DNA of 64,000 nucleotides from positions 271,932,001 to 271,996,000 of the forward strand of contig OZ024741.1 in assembly GCA_964016885.1 (NCBI GenBank). Direction: 5' to 3'. The notes beneath the pieces were generated by a model that saw nothing but the letters and a program-made list of their open reading frames with translations, made no database searches and was not told the origin of the DNA. The DNA comes from Eledone cirrhosa. Lineage: Eukaryota. The first letter of the stretch is position 1, and each line of letters opens with the position of its first letter. This document shows positions 50,990 through 64,000 of this stretch, piece by piece. Made by a program: the position numbers and the translations under genes.

Positions 50990-53900
50990 GTATGGGAATT
51001 TTTCCTACCGGTATGGATGGATGAGCTGAGATTAAATTGGAGCAACTCTGAATTAATAGATGAAATGAATATGAATCCGCAAGCTACCAAGCACCCATGT
51101 GAAGCGCCAATCCAGAGAGAGGAAGCACACACACACCCCTGCAAAAATCGACCCTTCCCTACGAGTGTTGACAAATGCCCAAAACTTCGAGTTGGTACCA
51201 TCAATGTAAGCACAATGAAAGGAAGAGCAGGAGAAATCGTAGAGATGCTAGAGCGAAAGGAAATTGATGTATGCTGTGTGCAAGAGACTAGATGGAGAGG
51301 AGTGTCTGCTAGAGTCCTTGTAGGAAAAAGTCAGTGCTACAAATTTTTCTGGGTGGGAAATGACGATGGGGTGGGTGGTGTAGGTATACTACTAGCTGAC
51401 AAGTGGGTAGATAAAGTAATCTCAGTGTACAGGGTGAATGCAAGAATCATTAAACTCAGACTAGTCCTGAATAAAACAATTACCACAATAATATCAGCTT
51501 ACGCACCCCAATCGGGGCTGCCAGACGAACTTAAGGATAGATTTTACGAGTCCCTAATACACACTACTGCTCTAACAGACGACAATGACTTCCTAATCAT
51601 CGCAGGAGATTTTAACGGACATGTAGGTAAACACTGTGACGGCTTCAATAGAGTCCATGGAGGCCATGGGGTTGGCACAAGAAATGAAGAAGGATTGAGA
51701 CTTCTAGAATTCTGCGACGCCAATGACATGTCGATATGTAACACAAACTTCAAAAAACCTGACAACTACCTGATCACCTATAGATCAGGGGAGCATTCTA
51801 GTCAGATAGATTTTATCCTCATCAGAGGACGTGACAGAAGGACGGTCGTAAACACAAAATCCTTCCCTAGTGAGGAATGTACCTCCCAACATAGCTTAGT
51901 TATCAGCGACCTCACAGTCAGAACTAGACGAACCTGGAAACAGAGGCCAACCTGGAGAAGAAAGATCTGGAAGCTGAAAGACCCCTCAGCCAGTAACAGA
52001 TTTAAAGATATTTTACTCAACGCCTACGACAGTAAAGAAGAACAGATACAGACATTCAATGTAGAAGAGCACTGGGAGTTCCTAAAAAATAACTTACTAG
52101 AGGCGACAGATGAGGTCTGTGGCTGGAGTAAGACCACAAGCAGGAGGAGATGACTTGGTGGTGGAACAATAAGGTAGATGAGGCAGTTAAGGCCAAGAGA
52201 CAGGCATGGAAAGAATGGAAGAACGGGGGGAGCAGGGTACATTACATAGAGACCAAGAGGGAAGCTAGGCGACAAGTATACTTAGCTAGGAGGGAAGCAG
52301 AGGATAGAAAATTCAAGCATGTTTTGCAACGTGAGGACCAGAAACAGGAGGTGTTTCAAGATTGCGAGGCAGTGTGTCAGAGAGAATTGTGATGTCATTG
52401 GAGAGAAGTGTATCCGGAATGATAAAGGTGAGCTTGCCCTCACAAGTGCTGAGAAGAAAGATGCATGGAAGAGTCATTATGATAGATTACTAAATGAGGA
52501 GAATGCATGGGAAGAAGAGACCCTACCCCAAGTAGACCCTATAGAAGGGCCAGCAGTACAAGTCAGCAGCAGCGTAGTAAGTAAGGCAATCAAAGATATG
52601 AAGATGGGGAAGGCAACCGGTCCATCGGGTATAGCTGCCGAGATGCTGAAGGCATCTGGGTCTGTAGGTCACACTATAACCACACATATTGTTAACCAGG
52701 TAATACTAGAAGGTGTCATACCAAAAGATTGGTGCAGTAGCATCATTGTCAACTGCTACAAAGGTAAAGGCGATGTACTCGATAGAGGAAACTATAGAGG
52801 TATAAAGCTGATGGACCAGGTCATGAAAGTAACAGAAAGAGTTATAGCACAGTTGATTAGGGACCGGGTGAAACTAGATGAGATGCAATTTGGGTTTGTA
52901 CCAGGAAGAGGCACCACTGATACCCTCTTCCTTGTGAGGCAGTTACAGGAAAAGTACCTAGCTAAAAGTAAGCCACTCTACCTGGCATTCGTCGATCTCG
53001 AGAAAGCCTTTGACAGAGTTCCACGTGCTGTAATCTGGTGGGCTCTTAGAAAACTCGAAGTAGATGAATGGCTTGTGAAAGCTGTACAAGCCATGTATAG
53101 GGGAGCAGTCAGCAAAGTTAGGATTAGCAATGAGTATAGCAAGGAATTTAGCGTACAGGTTGGGGTCCACCAGGGCTCTGTTCTTAGCCCTCTCCTGTTC
53201 ATCATAGTCCTGCAGGCAATAACGGGGGAGTTTAAGACCTGATGCCCATGGGAACTCCTGTATGCTGATGACCTCGCACTTATAGCTGAATCTATGGTAG
53301 AACTAGAGAAGAAATTCCAAACTTGGAAGCAGGGACTAGAAAGAAGGGGTCTCAAAGTCAACATGACAAAGACTAAGGTCCTTGTAAGTAGACGAGAAAA
53401 CAGAACCCAGATCCCCTCAGGGAAATGGCCTTGCTCAGTATGTAGGAAAGGTGTAGGTAGGAACTCCATTCTCTGCTCCAAATGCAAACAATGGGTACAC
53501 AAGAGATGTAGCGGGATCTCAGGAAGCTTAATTAAGAATGTAGGATTCACATGCAGCAGCTGTGCTGCGACAGCAAGCAGCAAACAGCCACAGGAAACAA
53601 GTACCACCAATCTCTGGGAGGGCTCTGTAGAGACAGTAGACAGCTTCTGCTACCTAGGTGACCGAATTAGCAGCGGAGGTGGGTGTTCAGAAAGTACAAT
53701 AACTAGGGTAAGAATGGGATGGAAGAAGTTCAGGGAACTACTACCACTGCTAGCTGCAAAAGGCTTCTCCCTCAGAATGAAAGGCAGACTGTATGATGCG
53801 TGTATCCGAACAGCAATGTTACATGGTAGTGAGACCTGGGCACTGAAGGTAGAAGACTTACGTAGATTAGAGAGAAACGAAGCCTGCATGCTCCGATGGA

Positions 53901-54535
53901 TGTGTAACAGTAATATACGCGAACGACAAAGCATAAATGAATTGAGAGAGAGACTGAGCATAAGGGGAATCAAATGCTGTGTGCAGGAGAGGCGGATGCG
54001 TTGGTATGGACATGTGATGCGTATGAAGGATGACAGCTGCATAAAAAGGTGCAGAGCAGTAGAAGTTGATGGAAACCGTGGAGTGGGGAGACCCAAGATG
54101 ACCTGGGATGAGGTGATAAAAGCCGACCTTACCCAATTACACCTCTCAAAGGCAATGACACATGACCGTGACCTCTGGCGTCACGCAGTAATACAGAGTA
54201 CCCGACCTCCCATGGGTACAAGCTGAAGCATATAGACAATATGCCCCCACACCCTCCCACTGCAAGGTGGTCGTGGAGGTGTCACGGCAAAAAAGCACCC
54301 AGCCCACACTGTAAAGTAGATGTGTAGGCGCCACGAAAAAGCACCCAGCTCTCACTGTAAATGAGGTTGGTGTTAGGAAGGGCATCCAGCTGTAGAAATC
54401 AAGCCAAATCAGTTCCTGTATGAGCAAGGCATGGTCAGCCGACCAGACACTGCCCACAACAGGACAACACGTCTAACCCATGCTAGCGTGGAAGAACAGA
54501 CGTAAAACGGTGATGATGATGATGATGATGATGAT
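50990..54535 (+). mobile_element. Near full-length RTE-clade LINE (APE endonuclease, RT, PHD-like finger), inactivated
   Basis: ORFs 51017-52153 (APE motifs VQETRW, AGDFNGH, SQIDF), 52150-52392, 52319-53242 (RT: YLAFVDLEKAFD, VHQGSVLSP) and 53294-54226. YADD follows an in-frame TGA at 53240. Two frameshifts near 52150 and 52350; (GAT)n tail at about 54510-54534. The 5' boundary is approximate. Confidence 0.93.
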
Positions 54536-55865
54536 TTCTAGTAATGTACATTTTTTTGGGTCATGGATAATGTTTTTTAATGTCTAAAGAAAATGAAAAT
54601 AAAATTTCGCTGGAGATAGATTAGCAAAATTCAATAAGACCCATGCAAGCGTGGAAGATGGACGTTAAACGATGATGATGATGATGATGATGTGAGGAGT
54701 TGGAATAGAGCGATTATTCGAGACTTGGAAGTACCAGTTTGAGACAAAAAGAGATCAATAAAATAAATATCAGGCTTGAAAAAAAAAAGTTCTGGGGTCA
54801 ATATAATTGACTAGATCCCTTTAAGGTGGAGCCTAAGTATTGCTACAGTCTAATGACAGAAATTAATAACAGAATTAACAAATTTAACATATCAATCTTT
54901 CTGGGTCCTTTTTAATTCTCACACAACTCGGTAATTTACATGCTTCATCATCAACATTGTTGTCATTTTAACGTCCACTTTCTCTGCTAGCAAGGGTTGG
55001 ACGAGTCTCCATAGACCAAGTCATTATTGAAGTGGGGTTACTGATCTCCCAGACAGGCCGAGGGGTCTGATATCTTGCTTACATATGGTCTCACGTTCTA
55101 CCGAGTGCATAGAAGAGGTTGTCATGTCTTTGACATAACTGAAGAGTCCTCTCAACCTTTTGTTTGTTTGGCAATCATTCTATGGCTGACTGTCCTTACC
55201 ATCACCAACCATTTTACAACATGCATGTACTGGGTGTGTTTATCATATAGATCACCAACACTAGGAAGGCTGTCATGTCCTTGACACAACTGAAGTGTCC
55301 TCCAAATCCTTTGTTTGTTAGGCAAGCTTTCTTTGATTGGATGCCCTTACCATTGCAAACGGTTTTATAGTGTGTACTGGGTGTGTTTATCATGTAGTGT
55401 AGATCACCAAAGGGTCCTTCATCTAGTTAAATTTTTGGTTAGTATTGAGTCAACTATTTTTTCAAAGTATGAAAGAGAATGAGAGGGAAATATTCTTCTT
55501 GTTATGACTGATCATTGTCATAGCATCTAAACACAATTAATTTACTGTTTTACACATTCCCACACCTATGTGTAGCCAGTAGCCAGTTTAGAATAGACAC
55601 AACTTACCCTGCGTGTCATAAGAAGTAACTGAAAAAGTTAGTGTCTTGAAGAGCATCAGGCTATAAAAAGTCCTGCCCAACTCATGCCAGCATGGAAAAG
55701 TTGACATAAAAAAAACATGATGATGATATATATCATCATTATCATCACCGTTTTACGTCCGTTCTTCCATGCTAGCATGGGTTAGACGGGTTGTCCTGTT
55801 GTGGGCAGTGTCCGGTCGGCTGACCTTGTCTTGCTCATACGGGAACTGATATATATATATATATA

Positions 55866-56011
55866 CAGGTAAAATTCTGTTATAACAAACTCTTTAGTAT
55901 AACAACATTTTTTTTCAATCGCCGTGTTAGGTTGATCTCATTATAAAGAATTTTTTGTTACAACAAATTTTTTTTATACCCCATGAATTTCGTTATAACG
56001 GAATTTCACTG
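55866..56011. mobile_element. pogo/Tigger-type MITE
   Basis: TA-caggtaaaattctgttataac ... gttataacggaatttcactg-TA. Confidence 0.6.
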
Positions 56012-56934
56012 TATATAGAAACATACAAGCACACACAGTGGAAGTGTGTCCAGCCATAGAAAACTTGCCAATCACAGGGTTGGGAAGTCTCTTCAGTGGT
56101 GTCAAAAACATGACAACCTCCATAGTGCTAGTACCACAATAAAATGCATTCGGTACACTCTGTAGTGTCTGAGAACATATGTAAGAAAGATATGAGGCCT
56201 CTGTTTTGTCTGAGAGATCAATAGCTCTGATTAAGTACTATCGTGGTTTGTGGCAACCTTTTCTGCCCTTGCAAGGATGGAAAGCATGGCGATAATGATA
56301 ATGATGATATATATATATATCATTAAATCCATCAATCCAATCCAGAGCCCTCTCATTCCTGTTAGAAGAATCCCTCTCTGGTTGACCTCCACAGCTTTCT
56401 GTTTGGTTTTGGTCATATCCTTCCCACCAAAGCCCCCAGCCCACATTGTAAAGTGGTCATGATGGCGGCACGGCAAAGAGCGCCCATCCCATACTGTAAA
56501 GTGGTTGTGTAGGTGTCATGGCAAAAAGCGCCCAGTCCTTACTGTGATGTGATCATGTAGGTGTCACGACAAAAAGCACCCAGTCCACACTGTAATGTGG
56601 TCATGTAGGCATCATGATAAAAAGCACCCAGTACTCACTGTAAATGTGGTTGGCATTAGGAAGGGCATCCAGCTGTAGAAACCAAGCCAAAATCGGCTCT
56701 ATATGAGCATGACATGGTCACTTGAGCTGGCATTGCTCACAACAGGACAACTCGTTTAACCCATGCCAGCATGGAAAAATGGACGTTAAACAGTGACGAT
56801 GATGACGATATATATATCATTCTATATAGAAATGACTTCTACAGGAAGAGAACTGCCTATACTCTACCAATGTATTGAATACTTTTTTTACCTGTGGTTA
56901 CCCCCAACACATCTCAGGAATCGACATATATATG

Positions 56935-56981
<47 letters not shown>

Positions 56982-57489
56982 GTGTGTGTATGTATATATA
57001 TATATACATATACACACATGTATATGCAGCGAAAAGCTCCATAGAAAGGAAAAAGGAAAAGAGCACTCTGTTTAATGAAAAAAAAGCTAATATATTACGA
57101 TTCATATATGTACCATGTATTACGCTACCTTAGGTTTCAAGGCTTAAGCAAAATAGCATCTGCAAACTGTACACAATGGTGCAGAATGCAAGAGGCTGAG
57201 CAGCAATCCTGTGTAGAAAGGGGACGTAATCTGAAAAATATGTTGATCCATACATCAAAGGAAAGTGACTCTTGTTTAATACTGTGAATTGCTGTGACAG
57301 TAGGTTGTGTTTTTGTGCGTGTGTTCAATTGATTATTAATAATTTGGGTTAACTGTTAGTGTAGTGTTAGGTATGAAAGAAAGTGGCATGCTGAGTAAAG
57401 TGGTTAAAAAAATGGTGGATGTAGCACTTCTATTTGTAATGACTGGATATCTGGACTGTAGTTTTTCCGTGATGAATGTAAGAATCATA

Positions 57490-57760
57490 TGAGGTGTCAG
57501 CAGCCCTTAAAAACCTCATTCTTAGAGTTCAGGTATTTGTTCGATGACTTCAATCGCTGTAAATTCCTGAATTTCTTACTGAGACAGAGGGAACATCTCT
57601 TTGTTTCATTAATATATGGTCTAGACTTCATAAGGATTCTCCATTTTATTGTGTAGGGGAAACTTTTCTCTATTAATTGCCAAATTTCTTTTGCACAGGC
57701 TGTGGTGGTGTTCATTTCAGGACATCTAAAAGAAGAGTCATGAGTAATATCACTGCTTAA
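57490..57760 (-). mobile_element. Penelope-like element fragment (GIY-YIG C-terminal region)
   Basis: HDSSFR...IWQLIEK..PYTIKWRIL.KSRPY..ETKRCSLCL...LNSKNEVF.GC resembles the recalled Penelope endonuclease tail (H..SF...IW.LK....I.W.I...Y....RC.LCL.EK...LN.RSE...C). Confidence 0.7.
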
Positions 57761-58146
57761 ATTGATCTTGTACCACACCCACATATCTTTCACTGCTCTC
57801 TGCATGTTTGTTACTTGGTGGTGACAGGTTCAACTTTCACTTCATATACTATACACTATATATACTATATACATATATATTTCGTTGACAAATATATCAA
57901 TATGCCCAGACATGTAGACATATTGCCCTTGGTATGACAGTGTGGTTTTAGCTCAATGTAGGATAACTAGTATACTACAGAGCCGTTATAGTTATAGGAA
58001 TAACCAAAGAGTGCTTAGAAATACATTGTTTTATTAGCTAACAGTGTTTCATCCATACACCATGGCAGGAATCTTCAGAGCCTATAAACATGAGTATATC
58101 AGTAGTTGCATGCTCCATCGAGCTGCGTCACCAGAATAAAGTTAAA

Positions 58147-59582
58147 TCAAATGGCCGAGCTTGAGAAGAAATTCCAAATATGGAAGCACGGCCTAGAATC
58201 AAAAGGCCTTAAAATTAACCTGGCTAAGACTAAAGTTCTAGTTTGTAGGAAAGAAAATAAGGCGCCGGTCCCTTCCGGGAAATGGCCATGCTCAGTGTGT
58301 AGGAAAGGCGTAGGTAGAAACTCCATTTTATGTCCCAAATACAAAGTATGGGTGCATAAAAGATGTAGTGGGATCACAGGTAAGCTAACTAAGAACATAG
58401 ATTTTACATGTGGCCGGTGCTCTGGTGCAATAAGTAGCAGCAAGTGCCCACAAAATACTAGCTCTTTCAATTGCACAGATGGTTCTATAGAAATAGTGGA
58501 CAGCTTCCGTTACCTGGGTGACAAAATCAGCAGTGGGGGTGGGTGCTCTGAAAGTACAGTAGCTAGAGTCAGAACTGGATGGAAAAAGTTCAGAGAGCTT
58601 ATACCACTATTAGCCGCTAAAGGGTTCTCCCTAAAAATGAAAGGCAGGCTGTATGATGCCTGCATACGAACAGCAATGTTGCATGGCAGTGAGACCTGGG
58701 CATTGTGTGCAGAGGATATACGCAGACTAGAGAGGAACGAAGCTTGCATGCTCCGCTGGATGTGTAATAGTAATATACGCGAACGGCAAAGCATAAACGA
58801 ACTAAGGGAAAAATTAGAAATAAGAGGGATCAGATGTTGTTTAGTCGAGAGAAGGCTACGTTGGTATGGTCACGTGATGCGCATGAAAGACGACAGCCGT
58901 ATAAAAAAGTGCAGGGCAATAAAGATAGACGGTAGCCACGGAGTAGGCAGACCCAGAAAAACCTGGGACGACCTGATAAATTCCGACCTCACACACTTAC
59001 ACCTCTCCAAGACAATGTCACTGGACCGAGATCTTTGGCGGTACTCAGTAATAGAGAAGACCCGCCTTACCTGAAATACAAAGTAAAACCTACTACAGTC
59101 AGTAGGTATCTCTAACAAAACACACCCCCGTCCCACCACCCCCACCCCATCCATACCGCCCCTTTCAATGTAAAGTTATGTTGGTGCCACAACATCCAGG
59201 CCGAAACAAATGAGATCGTGTAGGTGTCACGACAAAAAAAAACACACAGTCCACGCTGTAATGTGGCCGTGTAGGCAACACGGTAAAAACCTCCCAGTCC
59301 CACACTGTAAATGTGGTTGGTGTTAGGAAGGGCATCCAGCTGTAGAAAACCCGCCAGACAGTCCACGCTGTAATGTGACCGTGTAGGCAACACGGTAAAA
59401 ACCTCCCAGACCCACAATGTAAATGTGGTTGGTGTCAGGAAGGGCATCCAGCTGTAGAAAACCTGCCAGACAGTCCTATGCGAGCAAAACAACCACTCTT
59501 GCCTCAAGTGGGAAAACTCCCGTCCAAACCCATGCAAGCGTGGAACATGGACGTTAAACGATGATGATGATGATGATGATGA
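58147..59582 (+). mobile_element. 5'-truncated RTE LINE of a sister subfamily, inserted into a Penelope-type inverted repeat
   Basis: ORF 58106-59074 is homologous to 53294-54226 but synonymously diverged, with a different 3'UTR; (GAT)n tail at 59561-59583. Confidence 0.9.
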
Positions 59583-60380
59583 TAACCAGCAGGGGGGTCC
59601 CGAGGCTGGCGCTATATGGAAAAAGACAGAATACATGATGCATAAAAATTTTATTTTTTATTGTAGATTTTAGGTGTATATCCCAGACCACCTATGGTGA
59701 TAAATCCCCTGGGTATAGGTTTTGGAAAAATAGTGTTATCTCACTTAGCGTTCGGAACTGGAACATATCGATGTGGTTCGTAGGGTGCGGATATGATAAG
59801 GAGAATCGACCTGTTACAAGGTGATATAATTGGAGTACACAATCCCTCTTATGGACTATCATACATGTAAGGCTGCAACACTGCTAACCAACTATTCTTT
59901 TCACAGACTCATGCTTGCAAACTCTCTTGATCTGCCTGTACACCCTCTTTTTGCACTGCTTGTGCTTTGATGCATCTATACTTTGCTTTGTCTTATATAT
60001 TTTTTGGGGGGTGTCCGGGCTTTTTGTTCCTTTATTGTTTTGTATTTTTGTATTTATCTCTTTTCTTATCCCTGTATTTTTGTACTTTTTTATTATTTTT
60101 TAATTATTTTCTTATTGTTTCTGACCATGCTGAGTAATACCCTCACTCATCCCTTGCTACCCTCTCCCAACCTCTTTATCATCTATTGCACCATCTAAGT
60201 GATACATTTTTGGTGTAATTTTAAATTTTAAATTTTTAAGACATTTTATGACATTATGTGCATCATGTATTCTGTCTTTTTCCATATAGCGCTGGCCTCG
60301 GGACCCCATGCTGGTCATTTAACCTTGTTCTGGTGACGCAGCTGGATGGAGCATGCAACTACTGATATACTCTTGTTTAT

Positions 60381-60428
60381 AGGCTCTGAAGATTCCTGCC
60401 ATGGTGTATGGATGAAACACTGTTAGCT
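60381..60428 (+). ncRNA. Minimal type I hammerhead ribozyme-like motif (mirror copy at about 58038-58085, minus strand)
   Basis: ggct CTGAAGA ttcc..ggat GAAA ca-c-tgt T agct: intact core, helix I GGCT/AGCT, palindromic mini helix III, GUU triplet at 60422-60424. Confidence 0.6.
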
Positions 60429-60715
60429 AATAAAACTATGTATTTCTAAGCACTCTTTGGTTATTCCTATAACTATATATATATATAGTAACAATAATAA
60501 ATTCAAAGACCAAAATCCAGAGAGGACTCAATAAGAATTGTATATATATATATAAGTATATATAAACCTGTGGAGCAAATATTTACTATTATCTGTGCTA
60601 ATAATATATATATATAGTGACTATTTACAATACCTAACTACACCCTACTTAGCTGAACATGTTCTTACTAGTCTAAACTGGTAACACTCAATCTCTCTCT
60701 CACATATATATATGT

Positions 60716-60930
60716 ACAGGGTGAGCATAAAGCCTTTCCCTGATTATAAAATACCATATCTCAGATACTATTTGTGATTTTACTTTTTGATTGTTTTAAT
60801 TTATTAATTTCAAGTTTAAAGTTTTTCTCAGCATGGTTTAGATTTTCTCTTCTACAGAAAGTAGTTGTAATTTTCAGTAACAAAATGGCAGCTATAAAAC
60901 AAAAAGCCCAGTGTGTTTTGTGGTTTCAAA
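60716..60930 (+). mobile_element. Tc1/mariner 5' end remnant
   Basis: TA-CAGGGTG TIR start, followed by MAAIKQKAQCVLWF, a typical N-terminal HTH start of these transposases. Confidence 0.5.
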
Positions 60931-61350
60931 ACTTTATGCTAACCCTGTTTCCCACCCACCCACTATAACTCTATAATATGTATATAAAATGAACACGGGA
61001 CATATGTCAACAGTTTGGATGGAACCACCCACGTAAACTCACATATCTAAAGAAGTGTCGATTAAGAGTCGGGATCTGGTCGCCTGATCAAACTCGAACT
61101 GATCGATATCGAAACAATTATATGCAATAAAGTTTCATAACAAGCTGCAAATCTGACCTCTTATTGTCACTATATATATATGTGTGTATGAGTCCTGGGT
61201 TCAATCGGGGCTAACCACAGTAAGGTACTCAATACATTAGTAGTGTAAACATCATGTTTAATATAGAAATGGCTTTCAGGAAAGCTTTCCTAATGATTTC
61301 TTTTGAATGAAATAGTTCTAGTCCTGTAGAAGTAATTTCTATATTAAACA

Positions 61351-61410
<60 letters not shown>

Positions 61411-64000
61411 GCATATATATTTATATATATATATTATAAAGAATCGGGACCCTGACGCTGAACTCTTGCCGTTTCAACAGCTAGTTCCAGACTGGAACTA
61501 GCTGTTGAAATGGCAAGAGCTCAGCCGTCGGGTTCATAACTCTTTATAATATAATCATGCTCTACTACTCCAAGTCAAACCTGTTTCAAAATGAATCTAT
61601 CCTGATACACACACACACACATTCTGATTTGTGTATTGAGTTCTTTCTCCTGTTTATAAAATCAAACATACTTCATACATGACGCCGATGATGATGATGA
61701 TGATAATGATGATGGTGATGATGGCAATCCACCACTGACATTTAAAAGAATTGTAATATTTGACAGTGTCTCTTTTAGTCTGCTATAATGTCATTTGACA
61801 TACCACACAATCTCAGCTGTGTGTGACGTATGTGTACACACCAGTACGAGAGAGAATGTATATTTTCTGATGCGTAGCATGCAAAAACTTCGTATACGCA
61901 TTGTATGTTACGCAATCTATTGTGATAGGGAATCTACCTGTATAGGGAAACTTTTGTGTGAATTGATACATTCGTTAGTGAGTAGTGAGCCCAGTCTTGG
62001 TCAGACATAGACATATACCTCCACAAATACTGCAAAGTTTAGTCCACTTGTCTCAAATATTTCACTAGATAGACAAGCAGAGGTATGTAGATAGAAGACA
62101 GATAGATAGACAAACAGATAAAGAGGTATGTAGACAGCGAGATAGATAGATATAGACAGATAGAGAGGTGTGAAGACAGACAGAGAGATAGACAGGGAGA
62201 GATGTCTGTAGACAGACAGTGAGATAGACAGGTAGATGGATAGATATGTAAATATTTACGTACATATTTTATAGATATATAATCACGGGCTAACTTTACT
62301 CAATTCGCAACAAAAAAAGGCTTTGATTAAAAATAATTAGTATTGTTGTTTGGACCCAGATTAGCCCTGAATGAGCATAATACCCACAACCAAAAGCATA
62401 CCTCTTCGACAATCTCGTTTTTTAGGGTATCTATGGCTACATTATCCAATGTGTCCTCTCTTTTTGAAGACGCTAGGTGGATATGATTAGGAGCGATACG
62501 GCTTATTCTAGTGATTATATAGAGACTTTCCCTTGTTAGCTGGCAGGGACAGGCATTCGCCTGCTGAAGCCATAGGCTATATTTGAGGCCCTTCTGTAAA
62601 AAGATGGGGTATAAAAATTTAAAATAATTATACATGATAATTATTTTTTATATTAATGTTAATGATAAATAATAAATAATATAAATATACACATGGTCTT
62701 GGATACATTTTGTCTAGGCAATATCAATTGATGTATTATTGTATGTGTGTGTATATATATAATTTTTGATGATTTAATATTAAAGAAAACCAATGATAAA
62801 ATATATTTAAAACAATGAGGATGTGTGGCCCCAAGCTATAGCTTATTTAGCTTATAGGTAAGTCCAACACTGTTAGCTGGGGGTTATATTGCGTTCCAAT
62901 TTTCGAGGTCGATAAATAAAGTACCAGTCCGATATTGGAGTCGATTCTTTCTTTCTCTCTCGAATAAAACGATTGTGTTCCGATCTGGCAAGGGATGATG
63001 CCGAGTCAGGAAACCGCTCCAACGATACCATCAGGAGTTACGGACCCTCTATCTACGTTGTCCACATTGTAAACGATTTAATTGAAAATATCGTTGAAAG
63101 GAAACATCATACACAAACATTGAGACATTAAAGATAGATAGATCAATACTGCCTAATTTCTTTTCTAGAGTCACAGACAGACAAACATATCCATCGTCGT
63201 TGTCGCCGTCAGATGAAACATCTTAACTAAATCAATCGAAAACAAAAGAAGTAAGTTTAAGCGACTGTTATCAATATAAATTCGTTGATTTATCAAAGTT
63301 GTCAAAGTACCTCAATAGGTGACACATGAAAGGTAGTAAATAAGTATGACTAAGTGTTAATTATAATGGACATGATAATTTTGACATGTTTCGTTTAGAA
63401 AACATTGTTATAAAAACTCAACTTCCACATTATCTACAGAGTACTCTTTTCTTTCGTTTGAATCCACATCTTTGTTTTTTATGTATCTATGTGTGTGTGT
63501 GTGTATGTATATATATATATATATATGATGATGCTGGCTGCAACTCTATTTCGAGTAAGACATCACTTGATACTTAAGCATGAACATCACGGGGGAGGCT
63601 TTTTAGTCCTGCGAGGGACTTGCCCACGACCAGCAATGCCATGCATCGCAATAAATATCACGTATCAAGCGATGCTTGTGCTTGAAGCTTTTTTAAGTGA
63701 AGAAAAGCTTTGCACGGAGCCAATCCCACTCTCTGAACATCGAATGCATTTGCCCCCAAAGAAGAACTGTATATATATATATATATAAATAAATTTTAGT
63801 ACAGCATTGACGAAGCTTTAGAATACGGCCAAGCTAGCGTATATGCACAATCGGTCTGTAGTTTGAGCACTCAGACGAGGAAAGACCCCAGAGTAATAAC
63901 ATTACGTTCAGACAGCTTAGCAAATCAGATATAGCGGTCGGCAGTCCAGCCGCATCACTAGAGCAACGAAAATACAGGACCCAGGAAAAGATTTTATACT

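Larger units (their letters stand above)
57985..60478. mobile_element. Penelope-type element with long inverted terminal arms, each carrying a hammerhead-like motif
   Basis: 57985-58146 plus 59584-59645 is the reverse complement of about 60258-60478; the left arm is split by the RTE insertion. Confidence 0.65.

Noticed and set aside
55601-55636. AG...GTAAGT-bounded 21-nt segment on minus as a candidate first Rab exon
   Set aside because: It does not encode a K(V/I)V(V/L)LG-type beta1 strand or a suitable start, and it lies in repeat-like sequence.

Overview
AT-rich, microsatellite- and transposon-dense eukaryotic DNA. The SINE and RTE repeat families suggest an octopod cephalopod (inference from recalled repeat consensus, not a database search). 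Two convergent spliced genes are visible. On + are the 3' parts of a p24-gamma/TMED7(TMED3)-like cargo receptor, present as TWO intact, diverged copies of the terminal coding exon (7699-7923 and 21033-21266; 37/70 aa identical, same phase-0 acceptor) with no GOLD-domain exons seen between them. On - is a RabX1/Rab31-like GTPase from which I reconstructed six phase-compatible coding exons, including a 30-nt micro-exon; the first coding exon was not found. The rest is mobile DNA: a near full-length but disabled RTE LINE with an internal PHD-type finger and several truncated relatives, an R4/Dong-type RLE LINE, CR1 and BovB-like fragments, Penelope remnants with minimal hammerhead-ribozyme motifs, three non-autonomous Helitrons, mariner/maT remnants, piggyBac- and Tc1-type MITEs, many tRNA-derived SINEs and many minisatellites. 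The best candidate for an undescribed system is the swappable last-exon cassette of the p24 gene; the intervening interval carries a sense-strand hammerhead-like motif and an AATAAA/splice-signal array. Most ORFs in the supplied track are artefacts of simple repeats or antisense LINE frames.
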